Origin: an uncultured Alphaproteobacteria bacterium
GTDB taxonomy: Bacteria; Pseudomonadota; Alphaproteobacteria; CBDUZE01
Reading direction: 5' to 3'
NCBI GenBank assembly: GCA_965371625.1
Contig: CBDUZE010000060.1
Span: 1-22,781 of the forward strand
DNA length: 22,781 bases
Shown here: in pieces, positions 1-8,768 of the stretch
How positions within the stretch are numbered: position 1 is the stretch's first letter
How the letters are laid out: every line of letters starts with the position of its first letter
Notes under the pieces: generated by a model
Told to the model about the DNA's origin: nothing
The model's database searches: none
The model's input: the letters and a program-made list of their open reading frames with translations, nothing else
Program-made: the position numbers and the translations under genes

Positions 1-59
1 GCCTCTATGGCCTCGGCGCGACCAACTCGCGGGCGCTGTGCGAGGAGGTGGCGGGAGGG

Positions 60-145
60 GTCAGGTCTTGACTCTTATCGCATTGAGGCCACGGCGGCGC
101 GAACGCCCTGCGACTGGGAAAATGCGATAAGAGTCAAGACCTGAC
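60..145. repeat. Perfect 25-bp inverted repeat (arms 60..84 and 121..145) around a 36-nt GC-rich spacer; large hairpin overlapping the 3' end and stop codon of the minus-strand gene 134..784
   Basis: gtcaggtcttgactcttatcgcatt at 60..84 is the exact reverse complement of aatgcgataagagtcaagacctgac at 121..145. The spacer itself contains a short ggcg/cgcc stem. No U-tract follows on either strand. Confidence 0.7.
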
Positions 146-784
146 CCCTCCTGTACCCAGGGTCTTCGAGAGGAGCTCGGCGCACTTGGCGAGCGCGCTC
201 TCGATGGCCTGCTGGAAGGCCTCGTCCTCGCCCGCGCCACCGCCACCGCCACCGCCATTGCCGAGGGGGGCGCCATTGGTCTCGATGCTGAAGGCGAGGC
301 CGTCGGCCGAGCCCTCGAGCGCGCCGTCGGCCGAGCCCGCGGACGCCACCCGGGCGCGCCCGTACTGGGTCTTCGAGAGGTTGCGGTCGGCGAGGCTGAG
401 CTTGCAGCGGGCGACGACCTCGTCGCCCTCGCGGCGGCGCTCGGTGACCTCGAAGCTCCAGCCGTTGCCGAGACGCTCGTCGAGGAAGCGTTCGGTCTCG
501 GGCGAGAGCTCGCCGGAGGCCCGCGGCCGTGGCGCCGCCGCTCTCGGTCGGGCAGGGGCGGACGCGGCGGAGGCGGCGGGCGCGCGCGGCAACGGCGCCG
601 GCGGATTGGGCGGGGGTATGGGCGCGGTGAGGCCGGCCGGCTCGCGCTCGCGCGACGCTTCGGGCGGACGCTCGCGCGAGCGCCGCGGCCCGGTGCCACC
701 GGCGAGCTTCTCGAACTCCTTTCGGGTCTGCTCCAGCATCTCGTCGAAGGGCGAGGCGAAGCCGGAGCGCCGATCGCGGCCCAT
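134..784 (-). CDS. Hypothetical protein (216 aa) with a Rad52/Rad22-like motif (GNGWSFEV ... VVARCKLSL ... ALAKCAELL) and a Pro/Ala-rich linker; paralogous to the N-terminal extension of the HyuB ORF at 11695
   Basis: ATG at 784..782 is preceded by GGGGA (RBS) at 6-nt spacing, 11 bp after the stop of the upstream isochorismatase-family gene. The ORF runs to the stop at 134. The N-terminal helix FDEMLEQTRKEFEKLA and the core GWSxEV ... C.L motif align with residues about 10-130 of ORF 11695..13992. Confidence 0.55.
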   Translation of the reverse strand: MGRDRRSGFASPFDEMLEQTRKEFEKLAGGTGPRRSRERPPEASREREPAGLTAPIPPPNPPAPLPRAPAASAASAPARPRAAAPRPRASGELSPETERFLDERLGNGWSFEVTERRREGDEVVARCKLSLADRNLSKTQYGRARVASAGSADGALEGSADGLAFSIETNGAPLGNGGGGGGGAGEDEAFQQAIESALAKCAELLSKTLGTGGVRS

Positions 785-795
785 GGACGATCCCC

Positions 796-1503
796 TCAGG
801 TGCCGGTGTCGCGCTGCCACCAGCGCTGGAAGTCGTCCCGCGCCTTGGCCGCGGGATCGCCCGCGGCGGTGAGCGAGCGCAGGTAGTTGGTGGCCTCCTG
901 GCTCGACACCACGTCGCCGTACTTGGCCTCGATGTCGAAGAGGTTGGCCTGGTGCGGGCCCTCGGCGCGGTCGCCGACCGCGTCCTCGACGACGATGGTA
1001 TGGAAGCCGCACGAGATCGAGTCGATCGCCGAGGAGCGGATGCAGCCGCTGGTGGTGCACCCGGTCATGATGATGGTGTCGACGCCGCGCCCGCGCAGGT
1101 AGGCCTCGAGGTCGGTGCCGAAGAAGGCGCTGGCGTACTTCTTCTCGACCACGTACTCGCCCCTGCGGGGGCGGATGCGCTCATCGACCTCGGCCATGCG
1201 CGAGCCCTTGCGCAGGATCGCGAGCGAGGGGATCTTCTTGACCCACATGCCGGCGTCCTTCAGGTCCTCGTCGTAGGCGATGGTGGTATAGACCACGGGC
1301 AGCCCGCGCTGCCGGAACTCGAACAGGAGCTGGCCGGTGACCACCAGCTGGGTGGAGAAATCGCCCCCCAGCGGCGTCGTCGGATCGGTGAAGCCGTAGA
1401 TGAAGTCGACCACCAGGAGCACCGGCCGGGCGCCATAGCCGGCGCGCACCCCGAGGCCCTTGCGCTCATAATCGTCGCGGGTCGCTTGCTGCCAATCGTC
1501 CAT
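796..1503 (-). CDS. Isochorismatase-family (cysteine) hydrolase, 235 aa; the family includes N-carbamoylsarcosine amidase, RutB and nicotinamidase
   Basis: Translation has VLLVVDFIYGFTDP ... VVYTTIAYDEDL ... DTIIMTGCTTSGCIRSSAIDSISCGFHTIVVEDAV, including the catalytic Cys in the TGCTTSGC context typical of the isochorismatase fold. Start ATG is at 1503..1501 (MDDWQQ...). Confidence 0.75.
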   Translation of the reverse strand: MDDWQQATRDDYERKGLGVRAGYGARPVLLVVDFIYGFTDPTTPLGGDFSTQLVVTGQLLFEFRQRGLPVVYTTIAYDEDLKDAGMWVKKIPSLAILRKGSRMAEVDERIRPRRGEYVVEKKYASAFFGTDLEAYLRGRGVDTIIMTGCTTSGCIRSSAIDSISCGFHTIVVEDAVGDRAEGPHQANLFDIEAKYGDVVSSQEATNYLRSLTAAGDPAAKARDDFQRWWQRDTGT

Positions 1504-1763
1504 TGCCCGCCTCCGGGACGGGGCCTTGCGCGGCCCCGGAAAGGGCCCCCGCGGGGGCTGCCGGAAAGCTTCGATAACACTTGCCCGCGCCGGATTCAAC
1601 GGCCATGCCGGGGCGCGGCGCAGCGCGCCATCCCGCTTGATCGCCACCCGAGGGGAGGCTATGAAAATACCAACGAATAAGGGCGGGCCACTGTCCATCG
1701 TTGACGGTCCCGCGTCGGGCCGGGGGTGTCCCGCCTGTGCCGCCGATTGCAAGAGGAGGTCCC

Positions 1764-2846
1764 GTGAGCGATGACTCGAACGCCTATCCACCGCCAACGC
1801 CGCGCCGATCGGGCCCTGGTGCCGGGGACGGCGGGTCGATGACCGGCCCCGCCTACCGGCCCCGGCCGCTGCTCCCCACGTCGTCCGTCGGCCTCTCGCC
1901 GGGATTGCGGCGCGGCCCCAGGGCCGGTGTCGGGGGGCGCAAGGACATCCTCTGCGCCTTCGGCATCGACATCGACGCGGTGGCCGGCTGGCTCGGCTCC
2001 TACGGCGGCGAGGACTCGCCCTGCGACATCTCGCGCGGCATGTTCTCGGGCGAGGTCGGCACCCCGCGCCTGGTCAAGCTGTTCGACCGCTTCGGCATCA
2101 AGACCACCTGGTTCATCCCCGGCCACTCCATCGAGACCTTTCCCGAGCAGTGCAAGCTGGTGGTCGACGCCGGCCACGAGATCGGCATGCACGGCTACTC
2201 CCACGAGAACCCCATCGCCATGACGCCGGAGCAGGAAGAGGCGGTGATGGACAAGTGCATCGACCTCATCGAACGGCTCTGCGGTCGCCGCCCCGCCGGC
2301 TACGTCGCCCCGTGGTGGGAGTTCAGCCCGATCACCAACGAGCTGCTGCTGAGGAAGGGCATCAAGTACGACCACAGCCTGATGAACGACGACTTCCACC
2401 CCTTCTACGTGCGCGTCGGCGACAGCTGGACGCCGATCGACTACTCCAAGTCCGCGGACGAGTGGATGAAACCCCTGATACGCGGCCGGGAGACCGACCT
2501 TATCGACATCCCGGGGAGCTGGTACCTCGACGACCTGCCGCCGATGATGTTCATCAAGAGCGCCCCCAACAGCTTCGGCTTCATCAATCCCCACGACATC
2601 GAGGAGCTGTGGCGCGACCAGTTCGACTGGGTCTACCGCGAGTACGACTACGCGGTCTTCACCATGACCATCCACCCCGACGTCTCGGGCCGGCCCCAGG
2701 TCTTGCTGATGCTGGAGCGCATCTTCGAGCACATCAGCGGACACGCCGGCGTGCGCTTCCTAACCTTCGACGAGATCGCCGACGACTTCCGCGAACGTTT
2801 CCCGCGCGACAAGGTCAAGGCGGGAGAGACCAGCGCCGCCGGCTGA
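1764..2846 (+). CDS. Polysaccharide deacetylase / PuuE-allantoinase-like family hydrolase
   Basis: [17 protein letters not shown] ... [15 protein letters not shown] ... [13 protein letters not shown] matches the NodB/PuuE deacetylase fold (HGYxHE). Start is assigned to GTG 1764, preceded by AGGAGG at 1754..1759. The in-frame ATG 1839 is an alternative start. The N-terminal region is low complexity. Confidence 0.7.
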   Translation: MSDDSNAYPPPTPRRSGPGAGDGGSMTGPAYRPRPLLPTSSVGLSPGLRRGPRAGVGGRKDILCAFGIDIDAVAGWLGSYGGEDSPCDISRGMFSGEVGTPRLVKLFDRFGIKTTWFIPGHSIETFPEQCKLVVDAGHEIGMHGYSHENPIAMTPEQEEAVMDKCIDLIERLCGRRPAGYVAPWWEFSPITNELLLRKGIKYDHSLMNDDFHPFYVRVGDSWTPIDYSKSADEWMKPLIRGRETDLIDIPGSWYLDDLPPMMFIKSAPNSFGFINPHDIEELWRDQFDWVYREYDYAVFTMTIHPDVSGRPQVLLMLERIFEHISGHAGVRFLTFDEIADDFRERFPRDKVKAGETSAAG

Positions 2847-2875
2847 GGGCGGTGCGAAGGGGCGAAGGGCCGGAG

Positions 2876-3205
2876 ATGTGCAGCCTGTGCGGGGTGCTCG
2901 GCGGACGCGCCCACTGGAGCGACCGCGCCGGCGCCGCGGATGGCGGCGAGCGCAGCCGCGAGGTCACCCGGCAGCGCGAGCGCCAGTGGCGCACCCGCCT
3001 CGCCAACCAGATCCTCGCGCACTACGGCCTCGCGCTTGCGGACTGGGCCGCGACCTCCTACGTGCTGCGCGGCCGCACCGGGCGCACCGCGCTGGTGGAG
3101 AACCTGAGCGAGCTGTGGCCCGCCGCCGAGGCCCTGGGAAAAAGGCCCTGCGACCCCCTCGACGAGGCCCTGCTCGCCGCCCTCGCGGGGCGCGGTGCCA
3201 AGTGA
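2876..3205 (+). CDS. Small hypothetical protein (109 aa, begins MCSLCGVLGG), immediately upstream of the COG0523 GTPase
   Basis: ATG 2876 follows GGAG at 4-nt spacing, 30 bp after the deacetylase stop. The stop at 3205 lies 13 bp before the COG0523 ATG. I recognise no domain, and high GC makes spurious ORFs common here. Confidence 0.35.
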   Translation: MCSLCGVLGGRAHWSDRAGAADGGERSREVTRQRERQWRTRLANQILAHYGLALADWAATSYVLRGRTGRTALVENLSELWPAAEALGKRPCDPLDEALLAALAGRGAK

Positions 3206-3218
3206 TCCGCCCGCCGCC

Positions 3219-4268
<1,050 letters not shown>

Positions 4269-4484
4269 AACGCGCACTCAGGAAACTCTGATGTTGACTT
4301 GTGCAACCAATGTCCGTCATCAGACGCAAAGCGGATTCTTTGGCCGAGATTGGTTTATATCTGCAATCGAGCCAACTCGGGCCGTGATGATCCATAATCG
4401 CCTTGTGAGGGTGGTACAAAAACCCTAATGATGTTAATGCCACCACTGACCTGAAATTTGATAATATATCACTCGTAGATCGGC

Positions 4485-6050
4485 ATGGGAGAGTTCGCTA
4501 AAATGGGTTTTTCGTCTGAAATTAGAGAGAATGCCCTCGTTAAAGCTGCACGGTGCTGCTGTGTATGTAGACGATTTAGGGGCGTTGGGGTAGAGGTACA
4601 TCACATTGTTCCGGCCTTGGATGGTGGCTCAAGCGATCTTGATAACGCGATTGTCTTGTGTTTCGACTGCCATTGTGCCGCAGGACATTATAATCCCAAA
4701 CACCCAAGAGGGACTAAATATAGCCCCAGAGAACTCCGTAGGCATAGAGATAACTGGTACAGATCCGTTGAAGAAGCAGGCGCTCAGCTGCGCGAGGACG
4801 ATGAATTTTCCGGTTATTACGGGCGGCATTTGATTTGTCTGGACAATGAAGCTGCACGCGATCTTATAGCGGCTAACAAGGACCAAATACCGTTTCGGTA
4901 CGATTACCTCTTAAAGAACGACGTCTTTCGGTTCATGGCCGAGGTTTTAGACGACAATTTGCCTTTTTCTTGGACAGGTTCCGATAATCAACTCGGCCAT
5001 TATAGGGGCAGAGGAGACTACAGTTCCCTGGAAGATTTCCACGATCAACACCCCGAGTTTGAGAAGCAATTCAGCCGTCCACTTACCGCAACAGACATTG
5101 TGGAAGGTGGGCTGGTTCCTTCCAAGATGATGCGTAAGATAGTAGATAACGGATTCCCTCCTTCTGAATTGGGGAAAGTATGCGCGGAAGTGGATGATTG
5201 TGGTGGAGGTGTATCGTATTTTGTTGCGATGCGGCGGCCGCTGTTTGTATTTGCAGAAATAAGGAACACCTCCTCGGAACAGTTTAGATTATCGGGATTA
5301 GTTACTCGAAAGGATAAAGACAGACCCTTTGTTTGTAAATTTGATGACTGGGATGAAGGCAAACTCGCTGCAATCCCATACGGGAATTTGGTATTAAATC
5401 CCGGAGAAGTCCTTCTCATTCCAGAATGTGTTCTGTTGAGCTCTCAAAACCACGACCCGTTAAATACCGAATTCGTGGAAATGGAGGACATGAGTCATGA
5501 ACAAATGCAAGCCGTCGGCTTCCGTACAACCGCCATGAAAGACGACTTCTATCGGTTTGGACCAGCGCTTAAGCTGGAAGGCTTCGATCTCGAAGTTGGC
5601 AACGAGATAAGGAACGTACCCATCCACAGGTTCGATCCTTCGAAATGCTATGTATACTACCGAGCATGGATGTGCGGAAGCTGTCCCCACTTGTACGTTT
5701 TCGACAAACATACCGGATGGAAATATCTGGGCGAGATCCTAGCGAAATCCACTAACAATGGATCGAGAACTGAGAGAGTGTCGATTCCTGAGGGCGTAAC
5801 AAGAATACGTATTGTTGAGACGGACTTCGAAATAACCCATATCGAAAGTATTGACTATAGGGATCAGCAACTAGTCGAGAGGCCCATCCGTTTGCGGCAA
5901 GGTGATTCCCTTGAACTGGAAGTTAATGGTCCAGGCATCCTTTCCGTGATTGGAAGATACCATGCACGAATCATGAGCCCTCGTTGTTACCTTCAATTAC
6001 GCCAGAAACTAAGTTTGCGGAGCGCTTATGAGCACACCGTTCTAGGATAA
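4485..6050 (+). CDS. HNH-nuclease-motif protein (521 aa) with a large C-terminal region I cannot assign
   Basis: N-terminal CCCVCRRF-x8-VHHIVP-x10-DNAIVLCFDCHCAAGH fits the C-x2-C ... HH ... N ... C-x2-C-H HNH signature. A second in-frame ATG at 4503, with GGAGAG upstream, is an alternative start. A -10-like gataat/taatat lies at 4460..4467. Confidence 0.75.
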   Translation: MGEFAKMGFSSEIRENALVKAARCCCVCRRFRGVGVEVHHIVPALDGGSSDLDNAIVLCFDCHCAAGHYNPKHPRGTKYSPRELRRHRDNWYRSVEEAGAQLREDDEFSGYYGRHLICLDNEAARDLIAANKDQIPFRYDYLLKNDVFRFMAEVLDDNLPFSWTGSDNQLGHYRGRGDYSSLEDFHDQHPEFEKQFSRPLTATDIVEGGLVPSKMMRKIVDNGFPPSELGKVCAEVDDCGGGVSYFVAMRRPLFVFAEIRNTSSEQFRLSGLVTRKDKDRPFVCKFDDWDEGKLAAIPYGNLVLNPGEVLLIPECVLLSSQNHDPLNTEFVEMEDMSHEQMQAVGFRTTAMKDDFYRFGPALKLEGFDLEVGNEIRNVPIHRFDPSKCYVYYRAWMCGSCPHLYVFDKHTGWKYLGEILAKSTNNGSRTERVSIPEGVTRIRIVETDFEITHIESIDYRDQQLVERPIRLRQGDSLELEVNGPGILSVIGRYHARIMSPRCYLQLRQKLSLRSAYEHTVLG

Positions 6051-6098
6051 TCCAACCAGGAGAAAGATGAAATAGCAAAGCAGTATTGGGTGATCTGA

Positions 6099-7148
6099 AT
6101 GAGTAACTTCGCGCTCTGCTCCAATTGCTTCCAGGATCAAGGGCTCAAACTTGATGCTCAACAGTTCGGTCTCGTTGAGAGCTCGACTTGTCCAAACTGT
6201 GGTTCGGAAACCGGGCAAAAGTTGAGCTCGGACTTGATCGGGCATCTTGCTCATAGGTATTTCGTTCGAGGAAGCCTTCATCGTTGTGACTACGGCGCTG
6301 CACCAATAATCCAATTTAATGACCGTCAACAGACGAGTATAGATACTTCCCCGTGGTTCGAGTCGGATGTGCGCCTTATCGAAAAGACACTTGGCGTTGG
6401 CTTCTTCTATTATGCACCAAGAATGTGGATGGTTGGCGAAATTGAACCACTAAAAGCATTGATAGAGCCGGAAACCAGGGCCTCAATGATACGCCGTACC
6501 TTAGCAGAATACCCGATCATAACACTGAAAACTGAGCAGGTATTTTACCGCATTCGGAAATCTCCAGCGGATCCGACTGATTTTAGCGAATATGATAGTC
6601 TACCGATTGTTAGGGCAGGCGCCGGTCGACTTGATTCTAAGGGATTTTCTGTAATGTATTGTTCTCAGGATCTGCAAGTTTGTATCCATGAGTGCCGCCT
6701 CACCGCAGAAGACGAACTTTTTCTAGCGACGCTCGCAGCAACGAGAGACCTGCGGCTGCTTGACTTAACTGAGGTGCTTGAGGAAGAGGGTGTAACTGAG
6801 TTCGAGAGCCTTGATATTGCCATTCACATGCTGTTTCTCGCTGGCGATTACTCTTACAACATCACGCGAGAAATTGCCATGGCTGCGCATACAGCAGGAT
6901 ATGATGGACTTGTCTATCCGTCGTACTTCAGTCTTCTACGTACTGGGGGAATACCATTTGAGACGTCGTATCGAATTTCACACCGAATAGTCCCCCGACT
7001 GGCGGAGAGAGAAGGATCAAAGATCATTCCAAATCTCGCTCTATTTGGACGACCGATAGAACAAAATATTGTCAAAGTACGATGCATCAACAAGGTAATC
7101 ATCAATAAAGTTGAATATGGCATCCATTTCGGACCAGTGGGGTACTAG
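6099..7148 (+). CDS. Zinc-ribbon plus RES-domain protein (349 aa); putative NAD+-targeting toxin-type effector
   Basis: N-terminal CSNC-x20-CPNC (Cys4 ribbon). The central region YRIRK ... GRLDSKGFSVMYCSQDLQVCIHE ... YDGLVYPS matches the order and spacing of the Arg/Glu/Ser RES signature. RBS GGTGA sits 5 nt before ATG 6099, 48 bp after the HNH gene stop. Confidence 0.7.
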   Translation: MSNFALCSNCFQDQGLKLDAQQFGLVESSTCPNCGSETGQKLSSDLIGHLAHRYFVRGSLHRCDYGAAPIIQFNDRQQTSIDTSPWFESDVRLIEKTLGVGFFYYAPRMWMVGEIEPLKALIEPETRASMIRRTLAEYPIITLKTEQVFYRIRKSPADPTDFSEYDSLPIVRAGAGRLDSKGFSVMYCSQDLQVCIHECRLTAEDELFLATLAATRDLRLLDLTEVLEEEGVTEFESLDIAIHMLFLAGDYSYNITREIAMAAHTAGYDGLVYPSYFSLLRTGGIPFETSYRISHRIVPRLAEREGSKIIPNLALFGRPIEQNIVKVRCINKVIINKVEYGIHFGPVGY

Positions 7149-7361
7149 CCAACAACTGTACTCTTCGTTTCAGTGAGCAACATTCCGATGCGGCTAGACT
7201 CAACCGTTTCACAAAAGCGCGAAAGTCCCTTCCTTGTTAGGAGCCGTGAATCGAAGGACTACTCGTGTAGGCCCCTTACCGCATGGAAGCGGACATCGGT
7301 GAGGCGTTTTCCAGAGCCGTCGACAAGGCGGTTAGCGGGTGCACGCCCTAGCCCCCGCCCC

Positions 7362-7454
7362 CTACGCCGAGGCCCTGGGCGGCGGCCGCCTGGGCTGCCA
7401 GCCCACCCGGAAGGCCCGCACCACGTGGTGCAGCACGTAAAAGAGGATGGCGAG
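7362..7454 (-). pseudogene. Truncated 3' fragment (last ~30 codons plus TAG) of a paralog of membrane-protein gene 8769..9293; left copy of an imperfect direct repeat
   Basis: The minus-strand translation of 7362..7454 reads LAILFYVLHHVVRAFRVGWQPRRPPPRASA* against ILAILFYLLHHVVRSFRVGWQPRRPPPRSSAGSSD* at the genuine gene end. A 33-nt identical core ggcggcggccgcctgggctgccagcccacccgg is present at both sites. Confidence 0.55.
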
Positions 7455-7582
7455 ATTCCGTGTTCACGATCGAATTCACGGCGTTCAGGTTTTGTACTTG
7501 AAGAGCGAATTGGCACGATTGGGTTCATCGAGTTTACTAAGGGCTACGTTGTTTCATGAGCTTGGGCGAAGGAGGTGCGGCA

Positions 7583-8701
7583 ATGGGCGATGTGAGACCG
7601 ATTCCCGAAGCCATGGCGGCCATGCTCCTGATGGGGCACGGTGGAATCGACAAGTTGGTCTATCGCGACGATGTGCCGGTGCCGAGTCCGGCGGCTGGAG
7701 AGGTCCTGATCGAGGTCACGGCGTGCGGCGTCAACAACACAGACATCTGGGTGCGCGAGGGCGCCTACGGAACCGAAGACGATCCCGACGCCGTATCTTC
7801 CTTTCAGCGAGGCGACACGACCTTGAACTTCCCCCGTATTCAGGGTGCGGACATCGTGGGGCGGATCGCCGTGGTGGGTGCCGGCGTTGCCGAAGGCCGC
7901 ATCGGTGAACGGGTCATGGTCGACTTCAGCATCTACAACCGCGGCGGCGATGGCCTGACCGATATGGACTGCGCCGATATGGATTACATCGGCCACGGGC
8001 GCAACGGCGGCTTTGCCGAGTTCACGACCGTGCCGGCCGACCAGGCCCACGTCGTCGATACCGACATGACGGATATCGAACTGGCCACCTTCTGTTGCGC
8101 CTACATGACCGGCGAACATTTGCTTGAACGCGCCAATGTTCAGGCAGGAGAGCGGGTTCTCGTGACAGGCGCGTCGGGCGGCGTGGGCTCGGGCGCGATC
8201 CAGCTCTGCCGGGCGCGCGGCGCCATTCCCATCGCCCTGACGAGCCGAGACAAGGCGGAGGCGGTCAATTCGATTGGCGCTGAGGCTGTCATCGTGCGTG
8301 GCGAGGGCGATCTGGTCGAAGCGGTGGAGGTCGCCACGGGCGGTGAACCCATGGATGTCGTCATCGATGTCGTGGCAGGCCCTCTGTTCAACGACCTGCT
8401 GCGCGTTCTGCGGCCGGAGGGCCGCTATGCAACGTGCGGAGCGATTGCCGATCCGGTCGTGCAGCTCGACCTCAGGACCGTGTATCTCAAACATTTGCAA
8501 ATCCATGGCTCCTCCCAGGGCACTCGTGCGGCTTTTCAGCGCCTGGTCCGATATATCGAGCAGGGAAAATTGAAGGCTTTGGTGGGCGGCATCTACAAGC
8601 TCTCGGACCTCCACCGAGCGCAGAGCGACTTTAAGGCCAAGCACTTCGTCGGCAAGCTGGTGGTGGTTCCGGACTCGAAATGGGACGAGGCGACAGGCTA
8701 G
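7583..8701 (+). CDS. Zn-dependent alcohol dehydrogenase / quinone oxidoreductase (MDR superfamily)
   Basis: GEVLIEVTACGVNNTDIW ... GADIVGRIAVVGAGV ... VLVTGASGGVGSGAIQL (Rossmann GxGxxG). GGAGG RBS at 7571..7575, 7 nt before ATG 7583. Confidence 0.85.
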   Translation: MGDVRPIPEAMAAMLLMGHGGIDKLVYRDDVPVPSPAAGEVLIEVTACGVNNTDIWVREGAYGTEDDPDAVSSFQRGDTTLNFPRIQGADIVGRIAVVGAGVAEGRIGERVMVDFSIYNRGGDGLTDMDCADMDYIGHGRNGGFAEFTTVPADQAHVVDTDMTDIELATFCCAYMTGEHLLERANVQAGERVLVTGASGGVGSGAIQLCRARGAIPIALTSRDKAEAVNSIGAEAVIVRGEGDLVEAVEVATGGEPMDVVIDVVAGPLFNDLLRVLRPEGRYATCGAIADPVVQLDLRTVYLKHLQIHGSSQGTRAAFQRLVRYIEQGKLKALVGGIYKLSDLHRAQSDFKAKHFVGKLVVVPDSKWDEATG

Positions 8702-8768
8702 GATCACGAACGAAAATGGTCGGGCCAAACCCTGGATGCGACGTCAACGCTCGTGACGGGTGCAGGCC

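Larger units (their letters stand above)
4269..7370. mobile_element. AT-richer genomic island (about 3.1 kb) of probable horizontal origin, carrying two genes (HNH-domain protein plus zinc-ribbon/RES-domain protein); no integrase or transposase seen
   Basis: Base composition drops abruptly right after the COG0523 stop (4268) and recovers around 7250..7370. Codon usage of the two ORFs is A/T-ending, unlike the G/C-ending flanks. A truncated gene fragment (7362..7454) lies at the right edge. Confidence 0.6.

Noticed and set aside
61-699. 212 aa minus-strand ORF, and the overlapping 186..872 plus-strand ORF
   Set aside because: Arg/Pro/Ala-rich low-complexity translations in alternate frames of the real gene 134..784, which is typical high-GC noise.
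952-1680. 242 aa plus-strand ORF antisense to the isochorismatase-family gene
   Set aside because: It lies opposite a gene with clear family motifs, and its translation has no recognisable features.
1661-1774. Short [12 protein letters not shown]... in the divergent region with GGAGG upstream
   Set aside because: The RBS-to-ATG spacing is only 2 nt and the ORF overlaps the deacetylase start region, so it is probably not translated.
1659-2744. 361 aa minus-strand ORF and the 2150..3205 / 2964..3593 ORFs overlapping the deacetylase and COG0523 genes
   Set aside because: Antisense or alternate frame to ORFs with strong homology; the translations are compositionally biased.
4269-4484. AT-rich leader of the island examined for a tRNA or attachment site
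   Set aside because: No cloverleaf-compatible segment and no direct repeat matching the island's other border. Only weak promoter-like hexamers were found.
7173-7559. 128 aa plus ORF and 7259..7528 minus ORF in the island's right border
   Set aside because: They cover the truncated gene fragment and the intergenic region. The only coherent reading is the ~30-codon pseudogene remnant on the minus strand.
7544-8728. 394 aa minus-strand ORF
   Set aside because: Antisense to the alcohol dehydrogenase gene, which carries clear MDR-family motifs.
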